From Takakia lepidozioides (Eukaryota > Plantae > Bryophyta), in assembly GCA_030704615.1 (NCBI GenBank), contig CM060731.1:22940001-23004000 (forward strand): a DNA stretch of 64,000 nucleotides. The letters run 5' to 3'. Numbering within the stretch: position 1 is the first letter of the stretch; every line of letters starts with the position of its first letter. A model generated the notes under the pieces. That model was not told the origin of the DNA. It saw nothing but the letters and a program-made list of their open reading frames with translations, and did no database searches. The translations under genes were made by a program, and so were the position numbers. Below are positions 36,234-50,032 of the stretch, piece by piece.

Positions 36234-38560
36234 CTACAGTTCAAATTTGACTGAGTGTGTCTGGTCTTTTGTTACAAGGCCACGGCAAGCACCCTCCACT
36301 CCGGCATTCCTGCATGAATTTTTTCCCCTCTTAGCTGCCTCCACATCAATAGTACTCCATTGCTGGAGATTCATAACTGACAGTTCAGTTGACCCAGCCG
36401 GTTTCAACCAGTCACCTTTACACCATGTCTTCCTAACTTCAACTTGGTGAAAAACTTTGCTATCTGCAATGCCAACAAACCACAATACTGTCAAATGACA
36501 ACATGTTGAATAACGGTCATGATCCCAGGTATCACATCACACATGTCCCTAACTCTCCTCCGTGCATTTCTGTGACATCTAAGAAAAGAAGGAATTCACA
36601 CCATAGAATGTAGACAATGTTTACCATAGCTTTGTGGCCATAGACTGTCTGCCAAGTTTGGGCAGAACTGAAGGGAACACATACTACCTTTGTGACGGGC
36701 TCACTCTGGCAGTGTGACTTACTTTGATATCGACAATTAGTTCGGGTTTCCCAGATATCCTTTAGAAAGCCCTTCACACAAGCATCAACTTGCTGTGTGT
36801 GAGCTGCCCGGCAATTAAACCCCAACAGGACCAGGGCTTCAGGCTCCGCCTCAAGATTTTGAAAGTTGGTGAACAGAGGAGAAGGGACAATGTTCTTGAT
36901 CATCCTGAGGAGGGTCACTCTCTGGTGAGAATATCCCGGACAATGTATAAGAAAATGGATATTGTCTTCAGGCTGCCCGCACATCGGGCAATGACAATCT
37001 CCTCTTCCTCTCAATATCGGTTCTATCAACCGCCACTTTGTCAAATTGGGGGAACAACTACTTAATCCACTACGAGATAATCCACGATGGACCGTTCCCC
37101 AGTTTGGGCTTTTTCACGAGCCAGCACTTAGTCACAGAGGCATTCATCTACTCCCACATCAAGTCCACCCAATGGCAATAGGCTTCCTAGTGGGGCAGGG
37201 AGAGAATCACACCTAGGACGCATTCTCAAGGAAGGGGTTGCCAGGGAAGCAGTTTCTGTTGTCCCTGCATCCAATCTGTAGGCCACCAAAAACTCGTCCC
37301 AGCTCACAGCCCCTTTTTCCCTTTTCTGCACACGCACATATCAAGGCAAGGGTGAACCTCATCTCTTCTCTTTGTCGGCATTGATCATTGGCATTCCCTC
37401 TGTGTCCAGTGTTTACCAGATTTTGTCGATTCTGTACCAGTTTGTTTTACATGGACCAACGCTTATTACTTGGACACATTTTAGAAGTATCCTCATCCTG
37501 CTCTAAATAATAGATATGGGGGGAAACTGAAGTGCATGCCAAGCCTCGCCACTTGAATCTCAAGTAATCAACAGATCCTACAGAATTGACGAAGCAGTAA
37601 GAGATTAGTGAGAACCTTGAGTGACAACTGCTTGCTGATGCTTTTCATCAACTCTTCCTTGCCTGCAAAAGTTTCAAATAACAGGACAAACATTCAAGGC
37701 GGACCCCAGTAGCCTTCTCTGAACAATCATGGACTCATCAGAAGACTTGGGTAACCCAGAGTTCTGCAACATATGGCATAACAAACAAACAAAGGATTTG
37801 AACAACAGGCCTAAATAGGAGGAGCGGCGCGTGAAGGTAAGCTGCCAATCCTTTCTGCCAGGAGAGTGCTGAGGCGGACTTTATTACTAGTTGGAGTTGC
37901 AATGCCAAACATGTATGTTACAGCATTACATCTTAGCTAAAGCAGGCCATGATTGTTGGCGGAGAAGAGTACCTGACATCTGAGGAGCACAACAACCTGG
38001 GGTGTTCACATGCATATGTGTCTTCTCTGCACTTTGGAGGATGCCAGGTGGTTGCAAGCCCAGCAGTGTGAACGCAGTGTCATGCATTATGCTAAGTTCC
38101 AGGGTCCCATCACCTCGCGGTGCAGCCTGAGTGTTGGGGCAGTACTTAGTGAGAAATTGCTGCATTGGCATGCACCTAATCTCAGCGGAATATTTGGCTA
38201 GGTGCAACTGAAGCTGCATCTTGATGCTTGCAATGTGCCCCTCCTTCATCGCCCGTATGGCTGCCGACCTTGATGCCACTGAAACAGAACCACAGATAGC
38301 CACATTCTCATGATTCAAACAACATGCGGTCACCACCGAGAATGTGTGGTCCTGATTCAAACAACAACAAGCTAGAGTGAATGTGTTGAGGGTTACAGCC
38401 TACCTTCCTGGTCAATGGCAGCATTGACCATCTCGACAATGCGCAGGCGCTCCTCCAGGTCAGAAGCTGCGCCTTCTTCCTTTGCATCACTTCTGTTGGG
38501 CACGTTGGGGTCCTTACTTGCAAGCGGCTTCCGCGCTGCACCCTTCTTTGGTTTGCCCAT
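36234..38560 (-). CDS. Borealin-related protein (Nbl1/Borealin N-terminal helix); downstream exons uncertain
   Basis: Exon 1 MGKPKKGAARK...AAIDQE (38560-38404) splices to VASRSAAIRAMKEGHIASIKMQLQLHLAKYSAEIRCMPMQQFLTKYCPN, which resembles the plant Borealin N-terminus. The 3' end is tentative. Confidence 0.6.
36605..37020 (-). mobile_element. 3' fragment of the same LINE family as 13754-15363
   Basis: CPMCGQPEDNIHFLIHCPGYSH matches the 14993 ORF; shared 3' UTR. Confidence 0.88.
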
Positions 38561-39043
38561 TCCACACCTTCAGCTTGGTGCTTGGAAAACAGATTCCAAG
38601 ACACCCAAGACTTTTCCTGTCCTGAAACTAAGCTAATACAGGAGAAGCAGAATTACTCTGTTAGTGTAGGAGAGAGAGACTAAGATTATCAACTTGGAAC
38701 AGCAGAAGTACTCTGCTGGTGTAGACTAGAATTTTCAACAACAGAAGTACTCTTCTGGTGTGGAAGAGAAGAAAGATTAACAGTTTCAACTTGGACAGAA
38801 GAAGACGAAAACGATGCAGGGCGGGAATCGGAGAGTAAGCTCAAACATGGACGGATGATTTCCCTCCTCTCATTATCCCATTATCATTCGCCAAGGCTCC
38901 AATCCAAAAATTCACTGGACTCTTTGTAGGCTAGTATCTTCTGTACTCTGTACAAGGTCACACAGACTCATCAGATTTAGAGATATTGAATATCGCCTTG
39001 GATTTGGACATTTATCAATTGGAAATACATATTTTCTGCACAT

Positions 39044-39265
39044 GGGCTGGTAGCTCAGCTGGCAAGTGCACAATGAGTCGCCCTGGAGGGTTCAGGGTTC
39101 GAACCCGCTGCCCTACGCGGTGTGTGGATTGTTTGTGACCGGGTGGGTCTGGTGGTGATGTTTCCCTCCTGTGTGCCTAATGGCGCAGGTATCTGAAATG
39201 GGGTTAACTTTTCCGGGCACTGAATTGTGAGCAGTTGCTCCCAGGATTCCTTTAGAAGAAAAAAT
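39044..39265 (+). mobile_element. tRNA-derived SINE
   Basis: GGGCTGGTAGCTCAGCTGG A box, GGTTCGAACCC B box, ~150-nt unrelated body and A-rich tail. No TSD recognised. Confidence 0.75.
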
Positions 39266-39705
39266 AGTAAAATATTAAAAATTAAAAATTAAAAATCGAA
39301 TTTAAAACAAAACCATATAAGAGCAAAGAGGAAGAAGAGGATGCGTAGGCAGCCACGTTCCATTCTTGCATCCACAGACTCCCGGATCTGTCGAGGAGGA
39401 GAGAGAGAGAGTGGGAGAGAGACGAGAGAACTATGGTAAGATTGTGAGGAGCTGCAGTCGGAGTGATTTATGGCTCTTACCTGCTGATGGCACGCATTGG
39501 CTGATTTGTAAACGCCAATGCCACTAGACTTGCTCAGACCAAATGTGTGACTGATTCGCATCCTCGAATTTTGTGTTGGTGATGTTTCGGTCCGAAGACT
39601 CCATCCGCTCGCGAGTGTGGTGTAGTTGAGAGACTCAGGCTTCAAGTTGGAATTGCTGTATTGCAAGCAACTACGTTGGTCCACTTTGAGCGCGGAGGTT
39701 GGGGC

Positions 39706-42700
39706 ATGGAAAGTGCGGGGATTCGGGGAGCAAGTGCGAGAATTTCGAACTCTGGATTGCTGGCTCGCGGAGGTGCTGTTGCGGTCGTCCGTTCTGCGAG
39801 GTTTCAGTGCTCGCTGTCTCGAATAGCTTTTGATAGCACTTGTTTGGTAATCACTTCTCGGATTGTCTCCTACAGTCATCTAGGCAAAGCACTCAAATAC
39901 TGGGCCAGGCGAAGCCCTCGCAATGTGCTATCTCTTGTGGTTGTAGCGACACTAGAAGCAGCTAAGGGCGAGGAGAAAAAGGGGAGACTATCCAAGAAAA
40001 GAAGGGAGGCTAAGGTTGTCGCTGCTGCTGTCAGCTGTCCTACCGCATTGTCTGTGCCCTCAGAATTAGAACTTGCATACAATGACAGACTTTTTTCTGC
40101 CTTGGAATTGGCCAACAATCAGCCTTCACTCGATCTCCTTAATTGGGACCATCAAGCAGAGCCAATGTCTTTGTCCTCTCGAAATGATGGCCAGGGCTCT
40201 TCAAGCCATGTTCAGTTTCCCAGGGAGCGGCAGGAGGAAAGGGCTAAAATTGACGAGGATCAGATGGCCAATTCTGCAAGCATGCCCTGTGATACTAAGC
40301 CTGGAATGAAAAGTCTGGACATTCACGCATCAGTATCTGCTGATGTGACCTCGGGCAAACCTGCCACCGAATCCAGGGGCAGGAGACGCCTAAATCTGTT
40401 AACTCGAATCGCATTACGAGAGAATTCCACAGGTTTGAGGGAAAATACCGCAACTGTGACATCTGCGGACTGTAAATCATGGGACGAAGACATATGGTCA
40501 GATAAATCGGAGGAATTGATATTAAGATACAGCACATCCCTAGACCTTGCCCCACCTGTCTGGGGAAAGTTGGAACATGGCCTCCTCTCTGCAGAGGACG
40601 AGCGCACACTTGCATATCTCATGAAGCCATTGAAAGTGAGTACTGAATTGTCTTCCGGTTTTTCTCGCTTGACTGGTCCCCATTTTAATTTCTGCTACAC
40701 CCCTCATGTGTCCTGCATTTTCTTGCTACCTCAGATGGACCATGGCCTCTAGGCTGTGGCGATACAGTTCATTGGGCACATTTTTGTGATTCTCCATCAG
40801 TGGATGTCTCTTAGAGGTCAGACTGCTAGGATTCTTCCATCAAACATAAGTGTTTCCTTCTCAGTTCTGTTAATCTCTTGCATTTGTGTAGTTCTCTCCC
40901 ATGGACTATTTTATGAGAATAGTTGCAAAACTTTGAGGCTCTTTATATTTGTCAGTCTCACTGCAATTGTCCGTTCTTAGATCTGTGGAGTGCACCCGCA
41001 TGAGAAGGCATGTGTCTTAACTGCTATTTGCTCAATGTCACTACGAAAAGTCTGTTTTTCTGCAGCTGTTATAAAGTTTCTTTCTTTCTTTCTTTATTTG
41101 AAGAGCAGATTGTGACTGCTGCAGCGCTTGAAAAAGTTGCAAGAAGTTTTGAAGGATGAAATTGGTAGAGAACCAAAGCATGAAGAGTGGGCAATTGCTG
41201 CCAAGATGGCCTTGTCCACATTTCGTCGCCAAGTTTTGTTGAGTACTGCTGCTAGGAACAAGCTTATAGAGGTATGGTGTCACCTTCACCCATTTTTCTT
41301 CTGTAAGCAACTTGCATCCAGATATGGAGCACTGTAGAATGTTCAAAGTGTGCTCGTCAGAGGGACAAAGACTACTCTTGTAATGACAAATTTGTGATTC
41401 TTTATAGAAGTCAAATCAGCTCCTTCCATTATTTCTCTAAAATGCCATCCACAGCCTGCTGATTTCATTGGAAACATTCTCTGTCCTTTGCAGCACAATT
41501 TACGATTGGTGCTTTCGCAAGCATACAAGTACTACAAGGACAACATGAGTTTGTCTGTCTTTGATCTGTGCCAAGAAGGGGTTATGGGCCTTATTCAGGG
41601 TGTGGACAAGTTTGATCCCAAAAAAGGGTTCCGACTTTCAACGTATGCCATTTATTGGATTCGTAATTCCATGCTGCGCGCTCAGACAAGGTCGGGGCAT
41701 TTGCTGCGGGCACCATTTAACATAGCTACTGTAGGTCTCCCTCTCTTTTTCCCAACTTTTAGAGGCCTGTAACACACTTGAGGCTTCCTTCATTCTCTGT
41801 TGTTGAGCTTTAAGTCTTCATATTGTCTACTGCAGCATAAACGGAAAATAAAGAGTACGCACTTGGACCTACGGATGGAGAATGAGAAGCTCCCAACGCA
41901 TAACGAGGTTATGCAGCGATTGGGGCTAAGTGCGGAGCGATACCGCAACATTCTGCGGACGTGCATGCGGGTGGGCTCTTTGAATGCTCGCGGCAAGGTA
42001 ACAGGAGAGGAGCACATTGAAAATTTGATGGACACAGACAATGAAGGCCCCAGGCTTCGGGAGGCCAGTGGGGATGCTATGCTCCGATGTGGAATCGATG
42101 ATGTGGTGGGTGGCCCTTCTCCTTCTCCCAACGTTTTCTTTTTCCACCATGTAAACATGCTTCAAGCACAAAACTTGGTAGACCAAAAAAGCCAAGAGAT
42201 GTTGCCAGGGTCAGCAACCAGAGCAGCCTTTGAATGTGCAGTCAAACAACAGGAGCTGACAACCTTGAAAGAAGAGCCAGCCACAGTAAAGAGACAGAAG
42301 AGGCAAAATTTCAAAGCGCCAGGACCTGATCAGAAAAGCCCAACAAAGGCAAGCCCAGCAAGTGACAAACAACAGCATAGGCACTGAACAGTATCCGTGC
42401 AACCTGAGGAAGAGGTTGCATCACAGAAGTCTCATCTAGTAAAAGACAAAGCAAAGTTTGCCTGTGCTTGAAAAGCAACAGATCAAGCTTGTCCAGGACC
42501 AGGTGTGTCCCCTTTCTGTTCCCCAGGAAGGTGACAACATAGATAGCATTGAACATGGGTGCCTTTCTTGAGAGTGGCCAAGGACTATTCTAGTCCACAG
42601 AGAAGCCTGAAGTTAAGCAGGCAGTGTCCAGAATCCCCTTCAAAGTGAGTAAGGCCACAACTGTGTCATCCACCAAGTGTGTCTGTTGCAGTTTTCTTTA

Positions 42701-43499
42701 GGACATGGGGGCTTTCAGGCCTTTCACCTAGAAAGTAGCTGATGACTAATCAGGAAAGAAAGAAAGAAAGAAAGGGCGGCAAAGGACGGCAGACCGAAAG
42801 AACTTGGAGAGGTTAGACATGTGCCCATCGACAGCCCGCTTTCAGCAGAATCCTCACCTGTCACCAGAAGTTGTGTGCCTTTCCTCTTGGCTCCAATACC
42901 TTGCTCATCAAAGGCTTGCCGTAGTAACAAGGGCTTTGGAACTCCCAGATGCCCAATGTAGCGCTAAGTTGTTCAGAATGTTTTCTTTCCCTGTAACATG
43001 TGTGCTTTTCCCAGCTTCATGATTTTGATGGGTTGTCAACACGCCTCAAACGCTACTCACCCACTGATTAGTGCCATCTTGGGTTGGACTATATTGAAGG
43101 GCTTCCCATATTTCTGACTTCTGAATATAAAATGTCTAACAACCTTGGCTGGTGATGGCACATGCCATACCAAATATTATTTGGGGTTTGTAAATCAAGC
43201 ATTGGGACCTTTCAATGCCATTTATCTGTAAAAGCCGAGTTGCGTTGCTCATTCTGAAAGCAAATCAAAGCTAATCTTTATGAAGTCCTGGATAAATACA
43301 GCTGGATTCTCTCAAGCCAAAGGAGAGCCTGGTCCTGAGGCAGAGGTTTGGGCTGGATGGGAAGGGAGAACGTTCGCTTGGGGAGGTTGGCCGCAATCTC
43401 AATCTATCCAGAGAAATGGTGCGCAAATACGAGATGAGGGCACTTTTGAAGATGAAGCACCCAATGCGCTTGGAATATCTGCGCAGCTATATTGTTTAA
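39706..43499 (+). CDS. SIG5: Plastid RNA polymerase sigma factor 5 (SigE), 5 exons
   Basis: Region 2 HNLRLV...DLCQEG...[20 protein letters not shown]. Region 4 [42 protein letters not shown] is characteristic of SIG5. Exons 39706-40635, 41125-41271, 41494-41730, 41836-42105, 43302-43499. Confidence 0.92.
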
Positions 43500-44429
43500 C
43501 CATGGCCAAACAATAATGTCCAAACGGATTCTCAGAGGTGTAGCCTTTTGGTTGATTGTAGATGCCAAACTTGTACACTCCTCAATAGACCTCTTTGTTG
43601 TCCCCTCCATTGTAGACGGAAGGACAAATTAATCCACATGCTATATGGGCATGTATAGGTGATGCAACCAAATCTATTATTGCTTCACCTTGGTGCCAAT
43701 ATCAGCTTTCTTTGAAGTGCTGAACAATGCATCTTTGAGTTTTGTTTGTATCTAAGTGTGCTATTTTGTTTTGCTAGGCTTCCTCTCTAACCTATATGCT
43801 AACTTCCCCTGCAGGTAGCATGTTCACTCAACGGGCCATGATAAAATCTTAAAAGACTGGGTGTATGATATAGTCATTGACTTGTTGGCTGCCACAGAAC
43901 TGACTTATGTGGTCCTTGGATTCTCACTGACAGAATTGTGGATTCTTGTGGAAGAAAATGAGAGAACATTTGCCTATACCTTCAATATGGGATTGCCATG
44001 TCGGTGAATAACTTCCGCTCAGCTTGTAATTGCAACCATGAAGGTATATTGAGTTTTGTCCTGCTACTCATATCTATTTGTCTGCTCTGATCTCTCTCTC
44101 ATCTATTGATCTGACCTAGACAAAACCACTTGAACAATCAGGATACATTAAGAGTTATTTGAACACATATTCAATGTGTTCACTGTCATCTATTGCTCTG
44201 ATCTACTTTGACTCTCTTAGATGCTACAAGCATTCTGATTCAGGTCCTTAAGGAAACACACAGGCTGTGAGCATAAACCTTGCGATCACGTGAGCCATTA
44301 CTTTGGGCGGGCAAGTAAACTAGAGAATTCAAACTCTATCCTACCTGTAACTAATTAGCTAATAAATGGTAACTTCAAGTTAAGTGGGTTCACTGTTGTT
44401 CTGCATAAAATCCAAAGCTCCCACTCAGA

Positions 44430-44636
44430 AGTACAGTGAACAATCTCCATCAGTACTCCCACTTAGTGTTTACCCGTGTCAATACTCTCCATGCCATATG
44501 TGTGGAACTCGCCACGGCTGAGAGCTTTTGTGAAGATCATAGCTACTTGATCATTCGCGCCGATGTACTGAATGTTGGTCTCCCATTGGCTCTGATGCTC
44601 TCGAATAATGTAGTATGCCCATCCACGTGTTTGGTC
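44430..44636 (-). mobile_element. Ty1/Copia RNase H fragment
   Basis: TKHVD...YYIIREH...IQYIGANDQVAMIFTKAL matches the Copia RNase H C-terminal motif. Confidence 0.65.
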
Positions 44637-45280
44637 CAGTGTTGGTCTGGTATCAACATTTTTCGATACCAGGCTGGTCCTGGTAAGTGGGTGGCTCTCA
44701 AAATGACATACCAGGGAAACATTGGTACCAGGGATACTTTTCAAGTTAGATACCAGTCTGGTAAGGATATTGAGAAATTTTTAATCACTTAAGCAATGGT
44801 ATCAATACAAATGTGCTCAAGTACTACCAGCTGGTATACATACTGGGATCTGGTATCAAACGAGCCTTCAATTGACTTTAAAAACACTTGATGAGTGCAT
44901 CATACATGAACAGCAGAACTGCACATGGAAAATGATCTCATTGCCACCGACTACAAACTTCATATCATACTTTATTGCGAATCAATGTTGCATGCACTTT
45001 TGCTCTAAAGGCCCAATTTGTGGGCTCAAAATTTTCCATGCATGAACAATTTGGTTTGAGACACCCCAAGTGGACCTGAGACCTGCCAGTGTCCCCTTGA
45101 GACTCGCCCAACAATCCACTGACCCTAAGCTGCGAAGTGGCTGCCATAACACTCTCTCCTGCAACGAGTATCAATACTAAACCCTAGCCGCCAACACCAG
45201 ACTTGGTATGGTATTCGCTAACCCTACACTAAGCCAAGCAATGGTATCGCCATGGGTATGTAGAATTTAGGTCTTGATAC
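44637..45280. mobile_element. Degenerate hAT-MITE-like sequence
   Basis: Begins CAGTGTTGGTCTGGTATC with many GATACC/GGTATC motifs. Right end and TSD unclear. Confidence 0.45.
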
Positions 45281-45301
45281 GCTTGTACTCAACCGTTCTC
45301 A

Positions 45302-48300
45302 ATGTCTTTTTTCGTCCAACGATTACGGCATTGTCTCGTAGGTCAGTCGTCGAACGTCGCTCGTCATGGGGAACGATATCTGACGTCAGTAGGGTTTAAG
45401 CTGCCAAGAATCTCGTCACTGTGTTGGATCGGTTGCCCGTTTTCTGGATCAGTGTGGGTGTCTAGGGTTGTAAGTCTGATTTGAAGCTGTTTCTGGGCCA
45501 TCAATTTGCTCTTGGTTTCGGATTTTGGTTTGGTGATTGCACCCATGTTGCCGATAGTAAGGCATGGGGCATGGGGGCACAAGCTGCGGCATCTACCGTT
45601 TCTGAGCCCCTTCGCTCTCATGGCTTCCATGAGAGAAGCGCATACACAAGTACCGGAGGCGTCACTCTCGTCTCTTTCTTCATCTGCGGCTGAAGGGGCC
45701 GAAGCAGGTGTAGAGGGGGATGATACCAAGGACAAAGGGATTCTATGGAGGCTTATCAAGACAGGCTTGTTTTTGTCTTGTACGGCTGCCGTTGGTGGTG
45801 CAGCTTATGTGTCTTATGGTGAGATTCCAGCTCCTCTCTCAATTGTTTTGCATACGGGCGTAGTCACGTTCATTGTAAGTCTGTCTCGTGTTGTCGCTCA
45901 AGCACATATCATGTTCAGATTATCACCTTCTCAGGGTTGCAAGGTTTCTCTGTTGCCCCTGTCGAATTCTTGCTTTTATGTACGTCTCCTATGAAGTAAT
46001 GATTGAACTTCCTTTTCCTGTTGTCCCTAGTTCATTCCCTGTGCATCGCCGCTCCTCTCAGTACCCTGTATTTTGCATCCAGCAGTAGCAACTGGAACCT
46101 TTTATCTCACTCAATTGCACTCCTTCCGTTTTTTTGGTGTGCGTGTGAGTACCTCTGACTTTTACAAGTATTAGTGCTTCGCAGTTTCGCTGTTAGAATC
46201 CTACCTCATGTACGTTCATTTTGTTTTCTATTTAGTCATGCTTTTGTCCTACAGGTGGTCTCCTTTCCTCTCATTGCCGAGCCTTTGATCAGCTCTGTGT
46301 TCTGATTTGTGTTGACATTGTATTCTCTTGGTATCTATCTATACATTTTTCTGTTTTAGTGAGGCATTAGGGTACTCCCGTTTTCACTTTTACAGGCTTG
46401 GTTGTGTTGCCTCTGCTCTCTTTAGGTTTAGGTTTAGGTTTAGGTTTAGGTCTATGATTGGGTTCTAAGATTGTAGCCATATGATGAAGAAAGCATGACT
46501 GAAGGGTGATTTTGAATGGCTGTGACTGCAGCATTTGATACTGAACAAATTGACAGTGAGGTAGCCACTTTGAGGTCTTCAGCCAACCTCTCAAATTCAG
46601 AAGACATGAACCTGCTGGATGTAAGTTCGAGATAATTTCCCTTCACTGTGTTCTGACCTCGGGTTGTCTCTGTCCAGATCATTCCTTGATTGCGAGAGGG
46701 TAACACCATAGATTTCACCATCTTCTCCCATATTGATATGCATTTTGGATGACCAGATGCTGACTCAAGAGCTTTGGCTTGCATTACTTTGTTGCTTTCC
46801 GTACAAGACTATAGCTACTTACTCTGTACTCCCGTGCGCTCAGTACCAGTTGCTGAATGGCATCTTCAACTTCTCAGAGGGAAGGCTGGCATAAAACCTT
46901 ATTGCTCACTGGCATTAATTTGCCTGAACAGGAGGTGTAATTGACACAGTTGGCTTCACCTTCATGATGGTGGCATATGCTACCAATGAAGTGAAGGATG
47001 GGGCATCTTGGAAATCTTCCCTACATATTTGTTTCCACCTTTTACCCACTTGTCCGGAGCTTGGCACTTGACTCTCTTTCTTATAGATCATGGTCTTTTT
47101 GTCTTTAGAGTTGAAGTATAAATGAAATTTCTCCATTGTGGCTTTTTGGGAACATTCACACTGGATTTGTTTCGCCAACAGTCAGGAAGATGATGTCTGT
47201 TTGTTCTGAGGTAGCTAGAAAAGTGGGGGTGCAGAGGATGCGCAGGGCAATGTACACAGCAACTGTTGCCGGTGTGTTCCTGTTTTCCCTCTCTCTAAGT
47301 TTGAAAAATACATGTAGTGTTCTCATGGATTGTGTGTGGCAAAGGAGGTTTATAATATCACTGGTGGTGATCTGTTTCCACTACCATATGTTTCCTCAAT
47401 TTGCACAAGTTGACAATAGAAAGGCAGACGTTTGGTGTCTCTATGGTGTATTTCTGTCGCTTGAGATCCGATCCAGCTGAAGGACCAGACAGGATACTTC
47501 GCATTTTAGATACATGCGTGCATAGATAAAGTTTCAAGCACAGCCAGATGGGGTTTCTAAATCAACTCCTCTCCCATCTCTTCTGTGTTCTTATGTTTTT
47601 GAACAGAATGTGCAAGTCTCACTGTTCCTAGTTGCAGGCGCACAGAGTATGACCTTGGAGTGTGGGTTCCATTGGAGAGTGACAGTTGTCTGTGGGGGTT
47701 GTGTGGACGGGCAGCTGCTGTCAATGCGGCAGAAATGTACTTGGACACACGGAAAGCAGTGGAAGAGCAAATTCATGTGAGTAGGTCACCTTGGTACAGG
47801 CTGGGGTGGGGAGGATGGGGGGGAGAGACAGGTAGTGGTAGAAAACCTGTCCTACTTGGAGAAGTCAGCAGGACAGACCCAGGAGACGGTGAGTTATCCC
47901 ATGTTCAAGGTTAAGCTGTAGGTGTCCTTCACCGCTCTTTATGAGGTCTGCTGAACGGTATCTGGGGCAGGTGGGCTGCCCAGACATATTCCACATTTTT
48001 CCTCTCGAAGCTTATATAGATTGTCTTTCCAAGGCTACTGGCCAGTGTTTCCATACAGCCATTAAGAGATTAAAGATTATGTTTGGTTTTTCTTGGCTAT
48101 GTGAACTAACATTTGATCATTTTCCACCAATGAGGTGTGACAAGGAGACAGTTGAATATACTAAGCATGTACAATTGGGGTTTGGAGCAGGGTTTTGCAG
48201 CTCCATCGTCAAGCAAGCTCCTGCCAGATTTGCCTGCCCATGAACAAAATATTTTCACACTTGTGTTGGACCTCAATGAAACTCTTGTTTATTCTGACTG

Positions 48301-50032
48301 GAAGGTTGTGACTCGACTGCATTTGGAATTTATGATTCTGGTATTCAGTAAGTGAATTTGAGAATGAGTATTCTTTGGTTTGGTTGCTTAGAAATTTATG
48401 AAAGGTGAACATTCGGAGCCTAAATCGTCAGTACGGATGTGTGAACCCTACAGAGGGACAGAGGTTGGCGCACTTTTAAGCGGCCTGGGGTGGACGCTTT
48501 TCTAGAGCAGCTGGCTCAGTACTATGAGTTGATCATCTACTCTGATCAGCTCAGCTTTGTAAGCTCTTCCTCCCTACCTTCCCAAGGTTCACCACTACAT
48601 GAGTCTACAATTGCTATTGGCACTTTCTGATATGCTTTATAAGATTGGAGCATTAAAATAATTGCGATTCCTTCTCCATCTACCAGTGTATCTCATGTGG
48701 GCTTTTGTTAAGCCAGATTGCCGGGGGATGTTGGCAATTGATGGTGGTCTGGCTGTGTTGGATGACAGTATGTGGAACCTGTACTGGAGAAGCTAGATCA
48801 GAAGGGCTGTATCAGATATCGGCTGTCACGTGATGCAACACAATATATTCATGGCCAACATTTCCGCGTAAGTTACTTACAGGATTTCTGACACTTTTAC
48901 TTGCATGTTAGGCACAAGTGGGAGAGGGGAGAAGCCTTTTGACCCTTCATTGTCTATAGTACTCATCAGCCTTTTGGCTGTTCATTGTCTATTGTACTCA
49001 TCAGTCATAGCCTTGTGGCAACATTTGTTGAAACGTTGGTTTATTGAGTTGCTAGGAGAGTGGGTCAGACTGACAGAAGGAATGGATGCTGGAATTATGT
49101 ACAGGATTTGACAAAGCTAAACAGGGATCCATCTCGGATCATCTACTTGAGTGGGCATGCGGTGGAGTCAAGTTTGCAGCCTGAGAATGCATTACCCATC
49201 AAGCCTTGGAAGCTCGAAAATGACGACACGGGCCTTTTAGACCTCTTGCCCTTCCTTGAATGTATGTGCACCACTACCACTTATATTGGTGATCCTTGTG
49301 CTGGCAGCTTGGGAGACTCACAATTCATTTTTAATTGAAGGCTTTGAAAGCTTATTTATTGTATATATGCATCTGTGTGCCTGTTGCAGTTGTGGCTCGG
49401 CAGCGACCAGCAGATATACGCCCAGTGCTTGCTTCATATGAAGGGTTGGATATACCCACAGAATTTCGGGAGCGAACCAAAGGGTATCAAAGGTAAACTA
49501 AATTGCGTGTTCCTCGTAATTCTGTCTATCGAGAAGTATTTAGGAGATGAAAGGGAATCGTCACATAGATTTATTTAGCGTTTGACCTTGTGGCCCGTCC
49601 ATGTTTAGGTCTCAATAAATTAAGCACATTTAAGGAAATTGCCTCAGAACCCTGACCAAAGGAAGATGTCAACTCGAGACATTATGTTGATAATCTAAAG
49701 AGGTGCATGCATACACATCTGCAAGGTGATGTCAATGTAGACCAACAGTCACTGTAATGCATATACAGTTCCTTTGCTCATAAAAAAAGTCCCAGGTTAA
49801 TGCATCATACAGTGCACTTGATGTCCACAATGTATCCAATGTGTTTTCTGAAGCTGATGGGTAAGCTGAGGATCCAGGCCTCCTTAATAACTCATGCCCA
49901 GTGACAAAGAAAGACACCTGAGAAGACTTGTTATTGTGATCTGTGATTGGTGATTGTAGACGTATGCAAGAGCGCAAACAACAGCAAAGTCGGCTCTGGA
50001 GGGGACCAGCCATCAGTCCGCCAAGCTCCTAG
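45302..50032 (+). CDS. TIM50: Mitochondrial import inner membrane translocase subunit TIM50, multi-exon
   Basis: Presequence-like start, TM segment AAVGGAAYVSY, then FCP1/NIF domain [53 protein letters not shown] and RPADIRPVLASY; stop at 50030-50032. The first splice junction is unresolved. Confidence 0.92.
46421..46450 (+). repeat. (TTTAGG)5 telomere-like microsatellite in a TIM50 intron
   Basis: Five exact hexamer copies. Confidence 0.9.

Noticed and set aside
39044-39115. Functional tRNA gene
   Set aside because: No acceptor or anticodon stems, and it continues into a SINE body and A-rich tail.
6398-50032. Functional gene cluster linking CCaMK, SET, Borealin, SIG5 and TIM50
   Set aside because: Unrelated pathways and compartments; nothing beyond adjacency supports co-function.
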